NCBI GenBank assembly: GCA_035717985.1
Contig: DASTHW010000014.1
Location: 81,691 to 145,690 of the forward strand
DNA from: Candidatus Saccharimonadales bacterium
GTDB taxonomy: Bacteria; Patescibacteriota; Saccharimonadia; Saccharimonadales; UBA10212
Length of the DNA: 64,000 bases
Reading direction: 5' to 3'
The notes under the pieces are model-generated. The model made no database searches. It saw only the letters and a list, made by a program, of their open reading frames with translations, and was not told the DNA's origin. A program made the position numbers and the translations under genes. This document shows positions 19,070-27,532 of the stretch, piece by piece. Positions within the stretch are counted from its first letter, which is position 1, and every line of letters begins with the position of its first letter.

Positions 19070-20407
19070 ATGAAAAGTGATTTGCCCTCAACCGTGCTTG
19101 TAATTTTTGGAGTGACCGGCGATTTATCGCATCGCTATTTATTGCCGGCGCTGAGCCAAATATGCCGGGCTGGGCGCTTGCCGGAAGACTTTAAAATTTT
19201 GGGGGTTTCACGTCAAGCCGGGATTACGCGGGAGAAGATTTTTGGCGGCGAGCTAGAACCGCTTAGAGCTTTTAGCGATATTCTTCAGATGGATCTTGCT
19301 GACCAGAAGGCCTATGATGGCCTCGAAGATAAATTAAAAAAGGTAGCCGCCGGCATGTCCGCTCAGCCGCAAATAATCTTCTATTTAGTGGTGCCACCGG
19401 CCGGCGTTTTGCCAATTATAGAAAAGCTGGGCCAAGCCGGCTTGAATGGTCCGCGGGCAAAACTACTTTTAGAAAAGCCGTTTGGCGTTGATTTGTATTC
19501 GGCTCGCGAGCTAATAAGCGCCACCGAAAAGTATTTTTCAGAAAATCAGGTTTACCGCATTGATCACTATCTAGCCAAAGAAATGGCCCAGAATATCGCC
19601 GTATTTCTAGGTAGTAACAATATCCTGCAGGGCCTCTGGAATAAAGATTATATAAAAAGCATCGATGTTATCGCCGCTGAAAAAATTGATATAGAAGGCC
19701 GAGCTGGCTTTTATGAAAGTACCGGTGCCCTGCGCGACGTCGGCCAAAGCCACCTTTTGCAGTTGGCGGCTCTGACCCTAATGGAACCGTGCTCGGACAT
19801 TTTTGATTTTGAAGAAATTCCCCGCCGGCGGCTGGCGGCGCTGGAGCGCCTGCGGCCGCCGGCGCCAGACCAATTGCCGGCTAAAGTTACCCGCGCCCAA
19901 TATAAAGGCTACGGCCAAGAGGTAAAAAATCCTGGCAGTCAAACCGAAACCTGGTTTGATATTTGCCTTGATTCTACCGATCCGCGCTGGCAAGGCGTAC
20001 CTATCCGGCTGGTGGCCGGCAAGGCTTTTGATCAAAAGCTGACCGAAATTAGAGTCAACTTTAAAGAGGGCAAGGGCTCACCCAACCAGCTAATTCTGCG
20101 CATCCAGCCTCAGGAAGGGATTGAGCTTTACCTATGGATTAAACAACCTGGTTATGAAAGGGCTCTGCAAAAACTGCCTCTAAGCTTTAACTACGGCCAG
20201 CATTTTGACAGACTGCCAGACGCTTACGAGCAAGTTCTGCTAGACGCCATGAATTCTAATCATAGCTTGTTTGCCGGGAGCCGTGAGGTGCTGGAGAGCT
20301 GGCGGATTTTACAGCCAATTTTGGAGCACTGGTCAGTCGGTGGCGGACAGTTAATACAATATAAAAAAGGCGAGAGCCTAGAACAAGCCCTGGCCGGTTT
20401 TGTATAA
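19070..20407 (+). CDS. zwf: Glucose-6-phosphate dehydrogenase
   Basis: FGVTGDLSHRYLLPAL (NADP-binding site), RIDHYLAKE active-site motif, and EKPFG. Confidence 0.93.
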   Translation: MKSDLPSTVLVIFGVTGDLSHRYLLPALSQICRAGRLPEDFKILGVSRQAGITREKIFGGELEPLRAFSDILQMDLADQKAYDGLEDKLKKVAAGMSAQPQIIFYLVVPPAGVLPIIEKLGQAGLNGPRAKLLLEKPFGVDLYSARELISATEKYFSENQVYRIDHYLAKEMAQNIAVFLGSNNILQGLWNKDYIKSIDVIAAEKIDIEGRAGFYESTGALRDVGQSHLLQLAALTLMEPCSDIFDFEEIPRRRLAALERLRPPAPDQLPAKVTRAQYKGYGQEVKNPGSQTETWFDICLDSTDPRWQGVPIRLVAGKAFDQKLTEIRVNFKEGKGSPNQLILRIQPQEGIELYLWIKQPGYERALQKLPLSFNYGQHFDRLPDAYEQVLLDAMNSNHSLFAGSREVLESWRILQPILEHWSVGGGQLIQYKKGESLEQALAGFV

Positions 20408-20416
20408 TAGCCATTA

Positions 20417-21223
20417 ATGCCAAAATCTGTAATCTCTGCTTACAACGTGGTTAAACGTTTTGGACCGGTGACGGCCGTAGACGGTATTAGCTTTGATGTT
20501 AAAGCCGGCGAGATATTTGCTTTTTTAGGTCCTAACGGCGCTGGTAAATCCACCACCATCAGCATGCTGACAACTATGCTGAGGCCCACCAGCGGCCGGT
20601 TACTGCTAAACGGCCATGATGTAACGCGCGAGCAGGATTCGGCGCGTAAAAGTTTTGGCATAGTTTTTCAGGACCCGGCGCTGGAGGAAGAACTGAGCGC
20701 TTACGAGAACATGCAGATTCACGCCGTACTTTACCATGTGCCAAAAGCCGAGCAGGCCCGCCGAATTGAAGAGTTAATGCGCCTTGTCGACCTTTGGGAG
20801 CGCAAAGACAGCATGGTTAAAACCTATTCTGGCGGTATGCGCCGGCGGCTGGAGATTGCCCGCGGTCTTTTGCATCATCCAAAAATTTTATTTTTAGACG
20901 AGCCCACCCTTGGTCTAGATACTCAAACCAGAAATCTGCTTTGGGAGTATGTAGAAAAGCTAAATAAGGCCGAAGGCATGACTATTTTCTTTACTACACA
21001 CTACCTGGATGAAGCCGAGGCCGTCGCCAGCAGGATTGCCACCATTGATCACGGTAAAATTATTGCCACCGGCTCGGTTAAACAACTGGCCAGCCAGACT
21101 GGTACCAAAAGCTTAGAGCAAGCCTACCTAAAGCTAACGGGTACTGGTGTGCGCGATGAAACTAGCCTGTCTAACAATGGTCTAAACGTTCGCACCGCTC
21201 AAAGAAATCAGAGGTTAAGGTAA
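20417..21223 (+). CDS. ABC transporter ATP-binding protein (DrrA/ABC-2 type)
   Basis: Walker A GPNGAGKST, signature YSGGMRRRL, Walker B ILFLDEPT. Confidence 0.92.
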   Translation: MPKSVISAYNVVKRFGPVTAVDGISFDVKAGEIFAFLGPNGAGKSTTISMLTTMLRPTSGRLLLNGHDVTREQDSARKSFGIVFQDPALEEELSAYENMQIHAVLYHVPKAEQARRIEELMRLVDLWERKDSMVKTYSGGMRRRLEIARGLLHHPKILFLDEPTLGLDTQTRNLLWEYVEKLNKAEGMTIFFTTHYLDEAEAVASRIATIDHGKIIATGSVKQLASQTGTKSLEQAYLKLTGTGVRDETSLSNNGLNVRTAQRNQRLR

Positions 21224-21975
21224 TGTACGCTTCGGTAACCTATATCCTATGGCTCAGGCAAATGAAGCGCTATGTACGGACTCGTTCCCGCGTGGCCGGC
21301 GCCATCGGTCAGCCCATCTTATTTCTGCTGGCGCTAGGTTATGGTATTGGCTCGGTCTATAAAAGAGCCGGCCAGGGCAACTACTTGGAATTTTTAGTGC
21401 CGGGGATAATCATCCAGACCTTGTTATTTTCCGGCGTCTTTTGGGGGATACAAATTTTGTTTGACAAGCGCTTTGGTTTTTTGAAAGAAATGCTGGTAGC
21501 CCCCGTTAGCCGCTTCCGTGTTCTACTCGGCAATGCTGTTGGTGGCGCTACTATCTGCATGTTCCAGGCCGTACTGGTATTTGTCATTGCAGTGATTTTA
21601 GGCTTCAGGCCGCACGACTGGCCACTTGTAGCGCTAGCTTTCTTGGTAGCCTTGGCTCTGAGCATAACTTTAACTAGCTTTGGCGCGGGCCTGGCTAGTA
21701 TGGTGGAAGATTTTCAGGGCTTTCAGGGTATTAACAACTTTCTGATTTTCCCGTTATTTTTCCTATCTGGCTCGCTTTATCCGCTAAATCATGTGCCGGA
21801 TTGGCTGAGGATTTTAAGCGAAATTAACCCGCTCAGCTATGCAGTTGACGGCTTGCGCTGGGCGCTCATAAATCAAAATCACTTTAGTCTTTGGATAGAT
21901 TTTTCGGTAATTATCGCCACGCTGGTGGTAAGCGTAACTTTTGCCGTATACCGCTTTAACCGCCTACAGGTTTAA
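21223..21975 (+). CDS. ABC-2 type transporter permease
   Basis: 250-aa protein with 6 TM segments. Its start overlaps the ATPase stop (TAATG). The EINPLSY region is typical of ABC-2 permeases. Confidence 0.85.
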   Translation: MYASVTYILWLRQMKRYVRTRSRVAGAIGQPILFLLALGYGIGSVYKRAGQGNYLEFLVPGIIIQTLLFSGVFWGIQILFDKRFGFLKEMLVAPVSRFRVLLGNAVGGATICMFQAVLVFVIAVILGFRPHDWPLVALAFLVALALSITLTSFGAGLASMVEDFQGFQGINNFLIFPLFFLSGSLYPLNHVPDWLRILSEINPLSYAVDGLRWALINQNHFSLWIDFSVIIATLVVSVTFAVYRFNRLQV

Positions 21976-22008
21976 CAAAAGCGGACCTGCTGTTTATACT
22001 TAAGGGGA

Positions 22009-22908
22009 ATGCCTGATACTGTTATTTCTTTGGATAAGCTGACTAAACGCTATAACAAAAATGCGCTGCCGGCTCTCGATAAGCTGACGCTTTCAATTAA
22101 CCGCGGCGAGGTCTACGGCTTTTTAGGCCCCAACGGCGCCGGCAAAAGCACTACCATCCGGATATTAATGAACTTTATCCAGCCTTCGCGCGGTACTGCC
22201 CGCATCCTGGGCCAAGACGTGGTGGCTGACAGCGTTAGACTTAAAAAATCAATCGGCTATTTAGCGGGCGAGGTCGCCCTGTACGACAAGATGACTGGCC
22301 GTGACTTTCTAGCTTACATGGCGGCACTCCAGCCCACCCGCCACCGCGGCCGCGCCGGCGAGCTGGCTAAGCGCTTGCAAGCTAATTTAGATAAACCAAT
22401 TCGCGATTTATCAAAGGGCAACCGTCAAAAAATTGGTCTAATCCAGGCTTTTATGCATGAACCGGAAGTCTTAATCCTAGATGAGCCGACTAGCGGCCTG
22501 GACCCATTGATGCAGGAAGAATTCTTCGCCCTAGTAAGAGAATCTAGCGCTAGCGGCGCCACACTTTTTATCAGCAGTCACAACTTATCTGAAGTCCAAA
22601 AAATGTGCGACCGAGTTGGTTTTATCCGCGAGGGTAAGTTGGTCGGCGAGCAAAATATCGCCGAGGCTGTAGCCGACGCCGCCCGCAGTTTTGATATCAA
22701 CTTTGACGGCAAAGTGCCGATTGGCGAGCTAAAAGACATCCCCGGCGCTAGCCTAAGCGCTGGCACCCGAAACGGTATCACTGTGCATATGCGCGGCGAG
22801 TTAGCGCCGCTTTTTAGGGTGCTAGCCCGTCATAAAGTAACTAGCATTAACCAACGCGAGCTTGATTTAGAAAATGAGTTCTTAAAATTTTACGGAGACC
22901 GCGGATGA
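22009..22908 (+). CDS. ABC transporter ATP-binding protein (second pair)
   Basis: Walker A GPNGAGKST, signature LSKGNRQKI, Walker B LILDEPTSGLD. Confidence 0.92.
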   Translation: MPDTVISLDKLTKRYNKNALPALDKLTLSINRGEVYGFLGPNGAGKSTTIRILMNFIQPSRGTARILGQDVVADSVRLKKSIGYLAGEVALYDKMTGRDFLAYMAALQPTRHRGRAGELAKRLQANLDKPIRDLSKGNRQKIGLIQAFMHEPEVLILDEPTSGLDPLMQEEFFALVRESSASGATLFISSHNLSEVQKMCDRVGFIREGKLVGEQNIAEAVADAARSFDINFDGKVPIGELKDIPGASLSAGTRNGITVHMRGELAPLFRVLARHKVTSINQRELDLENEFLKFYGDRG

Positions 22909-23705
22909 GGCCAGTCATCGCTCAGGAGTTCAAACAGCGCCGGCTGGGCATTTTGTTTTGGTGCCTCGGCAGTGTTATTTACACTTTGCTGGTCACGGCC
23001 GTTTATAAAAGTTTTGTCACCAACCAGACCGTAAACTTGGGCCAAACTATCCAAAAACTGCCGGATACAGTTAAATCTTTTACTAGCATTACTTCCAGCT
23101 TTAATACACCGTCCGGTTTTTTGAGCTCGGAGCCTTACTACGTAGTTCTGCCGATAATCTTTTTAGTTTTAGCAATTAGCCTAGCCAGTGGCCTGCTGGC
23201 CCGCGAAGAAGCCGGCAAGACCCTGGAGCTTTTACTGGCTAGGCCGCTAGGCCGGGGCCGTTTGCTAGCCGCCAAGGCGCTAGCCGGCATTTTAATTTTG
23301 GCTGTCGTTAATATTGTGGCCGGCCTAGCCATGACCATTTTAACCAGGGTGTTTGGCATACATATCGGCGTAGGCCTACTCTGGGAAGCACAGGCCATGC
23401 TGTATCTTTTGGCACTTTTATTTGGAGCGCTGGCTTTTATGATTACGGCTATCGGCCGGGCGGGGCACTCGGCGGCGCTAGGCATTGCTATGTTACTGGC
23501 TATCGGTGGCTACGTGCTGACTTCACTAGAGGGCGCCGTACATTGGTTACATACACCGGCGCGGCTCTTGCCTTATCACTATTACCAGCCGGCCAAAATC
23601 TTAAACGGTACCTTCACTACTAGGCCGGCAATTGGCTTTGCTATAATTGCGCTCATTTTTGGCATTATTGCCTGGCTAGCATTCCGCCGCCGCGACATTG
23701 CTTAA
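22905..23705 (+). CDS. ABC-2 family transporter permease subunit
   Basis: 266-aa polytopic membrane protein with a 4-nt overlap onto the preceding ATPase gene. Confidence 0.8.
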   Translation: MRPVIAQEFKQRRLGILFWCLGSVIYTLLVTAVYKSFVTNQTVNLGQTIQKLPDTVKSFTSITSSFNTPSGFLSSEPYYVVLPIIFLVLAISLASGLLAREEAGKTLELLLARPLGRGRLLAAKALAGILILAVVNIVAGLAMTILTRVFGIHIGVGLLWEAQAMLYLLALLFGALAFMITAIGRAGHSAALGIAMLLAIGGYVLTSLEGAVHWLHTPARLLPYHYYQPAKILNGTFTTRPAIGFAIIALIFGIIAWLAFRRRDIA

Positions 23706-23727
23706 CCCCTGAAGTATACTTATACCT

Positions 23728-25083
23728 ATGGAACAGCCATTGGCGGAGCGCATGCGCCCGCGAAAGCTATCAGAGGTGGTTGGCCAAGCCCATTTAATTG
23801 GCGAGGGCAAGCTAATCTCGCAATTAGTATCAGCTGGCCAGCCGTTTAGTTTAATTTTTTGGGGACCGCCGGGGAGCGGTAAAACTACGCTAGCCAGAAT
23901 TATAGCTAGCGAGATGAAGGCTGATTTTATTGAAATCAGCGCCGTAACTGCCGGCAAAGCCGATGTTATGAAGGTAGTTGAGCGGGCCAGGCAGAATGCC
24001 GGAGTTGATAGCTCACAATCCTCACAGCGGTCTGGCTTGGATGCGTCGCAAGGCGCCGGCGAAGCGCAAACCGAACTGTATAAGGTATACAGAGAGGGCG
24101 CACTGGAGCCGGCAACGCGGCGAGGCGCCAAGAGCGGGGGCGGAGTTAGCGGCTCAGCCGCTAAGCAGGCCCACGCGCCCAGATCGACTGTGCTCTTCGT
24201 GGATGAGATTCATCGATTTAATAAAGCCCAGCAAGATGCCTTTTTACCACATGTAGAATCTGGACTAATCACTTTAATTGGTGCCACCACAGAAAATCCC
24301 AGCTTTGAAGTTATTACGCCCCTACTTAGCCGTAGCCGGGTAGTGATACTGGAGCCCCTGTCAAAAGCCGATATTATTAAGATTCTAAAGCGGGCGGCTA
24401 AGGCTGAAAAACTGCCAGCAAGGCGTCTGCCGGCTGACGGGCTGGATATGCTGGCAGAATTATCAGGGGGCGACGCCCGGATAGCGTTATCTAATCTGGA
24501 GCTGGCTATAAACTTAACTAAGGGAGTTATCACGCCCGAAATTGCTCAAAATGCCGCCCAAAGGCGGGTGCCGGGTTACGACAAAGCCGGCGAGAATCAC
24601 TACAACCTAATTAGTGCCTTTATAAAATCTATGCGTGGCGGGGACGCCAGCGCCGCGCTTTACTATATGGCCCGCATGCTACAGGCTGGGGAAGACCCTA
24701 AGTTCGTCGCCCGGAGGATGGTGGTTTTTGCTAGCGAGGACATTGGATTAGCCGCTCCGGCGGCGCTTAATCTAGCCGTTTCAACTTTTCTAGCCGTAGA
24801 GCGCATTGGTATGCCGGAGTGCCAGTATAATCTGTTCCACTGCGCCTCGGTGATGGCTAAGGCCCCCAAATCCAGGCAGGTTACCAACGCCATGAACAGC
24901 GCCCTAAAAGCCGCGCGGGACTACCCGGATCTGCCGGTGCCGCTCCACCTGCGCAACGCCCCAACCAAACTAATGAAAGACCTCGGTTATAACGAGGGCT
25001 ACAAATGGGACGCCGGCTTTAAAGACAAACGCGGCTTCCTCCCCGACGAACTATCCGGAACCGACTTTCTTCAAAAGCCCTAA
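23728..25083 (+). CDS. rarA: Replication-associated recombination protein A (RarA/MgsA AAA+ ATPase) carrying an in-frame insertion of about 55 aa
   Basis: WGPPGSGKTTLARIIA (Walker A), VLFVDEIHRFNKAQQDAFLPHVESG (Walker B/sensor), LIGATTENPSF, and a C-terminal MgsA domain (ALYYMARMLQAGEDPKFVARRM). The low-complexity insertion lies between ERARQN and TVLFVDE. Confidence 0.93.
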   Translation: MEQPLAERMRPRKLSEVVGQAHLIGEGKLISQLVSAGQPFSLIFWGPPGSGKTTLARIIASEMKADFIEISAVTAGKADVMKVVERARQNAGVDSSQSSQRSGLDASQGAGEAQTELYKVYREGALEPATRRGAKSGGGVSGSAAKQAHAPRSTVLFVDEIHRFNKAQQDAFLPHVESGLITLIGATTENPSFEVITPLLSRSRVVILEPLSKADIIKILKRAAKAEKLPARRLPADGLDMLAELSGGDARIALSNLELAINLTKGVITPEIAQNAAQRRVPGYDKAGENHYNLISAFIKSMRGGDASAALYYMARMLQAGEDPKFVARRMVVFASEDIGLAAPAALNLAVSTFLAVERIGMPECQYNLFHCASVMAKAPKSRQVTNAMNSALKAARDYPDLPVPLHLRNAPTKLMKDLGYNEGYKWDAGFKDKRGFLPDELSGTDFLQKP

Positions 25084-25160
25084 ACTTACCACTTGGATCA
25101 TATAAAACCAAGCGGCGGTTAGACCTTGGACGGCTTTTTCTAGTTAGAAAAGGCGGTTGG

Positions 25161-25466
25161 TTAGCCCGCTCTAGCCACAACCCCGAGGGCGTTTCCGCCG
25201 ATGTGGCCGATAACGCTAGTCGGGCAGTTATCCCTATAGATTTTGTTTAGGCACTCTAACGCCAGGTAGGCGTCGTCCTCATCGGTATCGTGATCATCCA
25301 CTAGTATTTCGGGCAGGTCGCTAAGCTCAAGCCTGACTTCGTCATAATAAATTTCTGCAGTCTTCTCTCTGAGGTTGGCCAATGCTAACACGCCAAGCTC
25401 ACTACAGCTTTCTCTTAGCGGGCAGTAGTCACATAAAGGGGCAATCTCACTCATTGGTAAAAGCAA
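25161..25466 (-). CDS. Hypothetical small acidic Cys-containing protein
   Basis: 101-aa ORF (TTG 25466 or ATG 25454) starting 1 nt after the stop of the upstream 76-aa ORF. Acidic stretch DDHDTDEDDAY. No recognisable family. Confidence 0.5.
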   Translation of the reverse strand: MLLPMSEIAPLCDYCPLRESCSELGVLALANLREKTAEIYYDEVRLELSDLPEILVDDHDTDEDDAYLALECLNKIYRDNCPTSVIGHIGGNALGVVARAG

Positions 25467-25467
25467 T

Positions 25468-25698
25468 TCAGTTTAAGGACGGTAGGATCGCCTTCGGCAG
25501 TGCGGCCACGACATCTTCAACCTCTAGGTTTCCAGATTCGTCAAATGGCAGTTCATCTAAATCTTCATAACGGAATATCACTGCTCGCTCGTTTCCGGCC
25601 TCATCGTAGATAAAAGTGTGATAGTTCTCAATAAATCTACAAACCATACGTCCAACCTTGGCTACGTCTTTATAGCCCCTGTCCGGCCCTTTCTCCAT
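25468..25698 (-). CDS. Hypothetical small acidic protein
   Basis: 76-aa ORF with an ATG start, in tandem with the next ORF. Acidic C-terminal half (YEDLDELPFDESGNLEVEDV). No recognisable family. Confidence 0.5.
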   Translation of the reverse strand: MEKGPDRGYKDVAKVGRMVCRFIENYHTFIYDEAGNERAVIFRYEDLDELPFDESGNLEVEDVVAALPKAILPSLN

Positions 25699-25767
25699 AA
25701 TTAGATTATACGCGCTCTAATCAGACCAAAGGCTGAGAAAGGCGATCTTTAAAACTTTTAAAAACTA

Positions 25768-25796
25768 TTGACGATGGGGGTCAGTACGGTTATGCT
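25768..25796 (+). promoter_or_regulatory. Candidate sigma70-type promoter TTGACG-N17-TATGCT in a noncoding gap
   Basis: TTGACG at 25768-25773, a 17-nt spacer, TATGCT at 25791-25796. There is no ORF downstream, only hairpins. Confidence 0.4.
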
Positions 25797-25802
25797 TAAA
25801 GC

Positions 25803-25870
25803 GGCTATACAAAAAGCCAAAAGTACACCTCACTAAAGGAGACGGGCCAAAAGCCCGTCTCCACTCTTTT
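25803..25870 (+). ncRNA. Candidate small RNA (promoter plus GC-rich hairpin/U-tract), function unknown
   Basis: Lies downstream of the candidate promoter. A perfect 10-bp hairpin, GGAGACGGGC-caaaa-GCCCGTCTCC (25838-25862), is followed by ACTCTTTT. No start codon or ORF. Confidence 0.3.
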
Positions 25871-25920
25871 ATCCCAATTTTTATCAAAGCAGGGTGGCCA
25901 GCCTATAGTCCGGGAAAAAC

Positions 25921-25946
25921 AAAAAAGACCCCGAGGGGTCTTTTTT
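25921..25946. terminator. Bidirectional intrinsic terminator
   Basis: AAAAAAGACCC-cgag-GGGTCTTTTTT: a GC core with an A-tract on one side and a T-tract on the other. Confidence 0.75.
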
Positions 25947-26157
25947 GTTTGGAAGTCCTCTCCGAGGAGAGCACTCCCTCAACCTAAGTCATTTCTGGCT
26001 TTTGGTTGCCGCCACCTCACAGTGGCTAACTACCAATATAGACCTGCCCCAAATACGCGTCAACCTAAATTGGATGCGGTAACAGTCCGACATATGCACA
26101 TTTTTTGGCTAACAAATACCAAACTGTGTCTAAGTATGTGTAAAAAGCTGTGGCTAA

Positions 26158-26721
26158 CTAGCTCGGCCGCTCTGTTTTCAAAACCTCAAGGTTATTTAGC
26201 AAGATACCGCTAAAGGCCAGCTGGAATATCACTTGCCCCTGCAGTAAAAAACCTTGATCAAGTTTGAGATAAATCAGAGCTATCACGCCGCCGGCGACCT
26301 GAATGGCTAGCAAGAGTACATCTCGCCAATGCCAGCCGCCTTTTTTAATAATCCAAAAGGCTACGATTAGCTGAATGACAAACAGGCAAGTGCCAATGGC
26401 GGTATGTAGATAGTCAAACCAGCTACTAATACTATAAGGTGTTAGCACTACGCCTATCATCAAAAGAGCTACCACCTGCAGAGCCCGCCGAACCGGCTTA
26501 TGAAGATTTGCCTGCCAGCGGCCCAACGCCGAAAAGATAAGATAAGCCGAAATTATCAGGCCGGCCCCAAAAGGGATAGCGGTTAGCGGGTGGACACCAA
26601 AATAGCTTAGCCCGTTATTGGCCGCCAGGCTGGCCGGTGCTATCAGTACGCACAGCAAAAATGAGCCATAAAGCACCGCCTGGCTGATAAATATGCTCTG
26701 CCGCAAGTTGAATTTATCCAT
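26158..26721 (-). CDS. Hypothetical polytopic membrane protein
   Basis: 187 aa with about 6 hydrophobic spans. No recognisable motif. Confidence 0.6.
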   Translation of the reverse strand: MDKFNLRQSIFISQAVLYGSFLLCVLIAPASLAANNGLSYFGVHPLTAIPFGAGLIISAYLIFSALGRWQANLHKPVRRALQVVALLMIGVVLTPYSISSWFDYLHTAIGTCLFVIQLIVAFWIIKKGGWHWRDVLLLAIQVAGGVIALIYLKLDQGFLLQGQVIFQLAFSGILLNNLEVLKTERPS

Positions 26722-26756
26722 CTAGCGACCATTAAAAAACAATTGCTAAGGCTAAA

Positions 26757-27503
26757 TCAGTCTAAATTTTCATGCAGAAAGACTAAGGACTTTGTCCAGG
26801 CGTCTTTGGCGGCGAGCCCGTTATAGGCTAGAGGGTTGGTATCGTTAAAGAAGGCATGGCCGGCGCCGGGGTAGACCTCGTATCTAAATTGCTTGCCGGC
26901 GGACTGCATTGCTTTTTCTATCTCCGGAATGTGAGCATTTAGCGTTTCATCCTTCTGGCCGTAAAAAGCCATTACCGGGCAGTTGATATCTTTAAATCCA
27001 TCCATCCACTGCTCGCCGTGGCCATAAAAAGGCAGGGCGGCTGATAAACCTTGCTCTCTAGTAGCTAGGCCAAAGCCGTAAGTGCCGCCAAAGCAAAAGC
27101 CAATCACGCCAATTTTAGTGACCGCAGGTTGGTCTTTTAGATATTTAAAAACGGCCTCCAGCTTTTCCATTGTTTCTTCTGAGAACCCGGGCGCGCCCAG
27201 CGGCGCCATCATGGCCCTAATTTCTACTTGGTGTTTGAGCCTCTCCTCGGGGTCAAACAGGGCTTTTTGCAGTTCGGGCGTGGCGTATTTAGATACATCA
27301 GTGTCAGCAAGCAGGTCCGGCGCTATCACCTCAAAGCCCTCGGCACACAGCCGGTTGGCTACGTCTTTAATGTGGCCGCTTAGGCCCCAAACCTCATGGA
27401 TTAATATCAAAGCCGGGTGAGGCTCCCCCTCCTCTTTACAGGTTCTATATACAGGGATGCCTTTATCTTTATAAGTGATAGAAATCATAGCCTGAGAGAC
27501 CAT
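26757..27503 (-). CDS. Dienelactone hydrolase family protein
   Basis: LILIHEVWGLSGHIKDVANRLCAEGFEVIAPDL, the nucleophile elbow GVIGFCFGG, and C-terminal GAGHAF. Confidence 0.85.
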   Translation of the reverse strand: MVSQAMISITYKDKGIPVYRTCKEEGEPHPALILIHEVWGLSGHIKDVANRLCAEGFEVIAPDLLADTDVSKYATPELQKALFDPEERLKHQVEIRAMMAPLGAPGFSEETMEKLEAVFKYLKDQPAVTKIGVIGFCFGGTYGFGLATREQGLSAALPFYGHGEQWMDGFKDINCPVMAFYGQKDETLNAHIPEIEKAMQSAGKQFRYEVYPGAGHAFFNDTNPLAYNGLAAKDAWTKSLVFLHENLD

Positions 27504-27532
27504 AGGCTTTTTCCTCCTTAACTTAAGTCTAA

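Noticed and set aside
26020-26160. TGGCTAAC / TGTGGCTAA repeats as DnaA boxes marking oriC
   Set aside because: All copies have a mismatch to TGTGNATAA at a conserved position. There are only three copies, no dnaA/dnaN nearby and no AT-rich unwinding element recognised.
26022-26213. 63-aa plus-strand ORF in the noncoding gap
   Set aside because: It has a GTG start without a ribosome-binding site, overlaps the 3' end of the convergent membrane gene, and has a composition atypical of the window's proteins.
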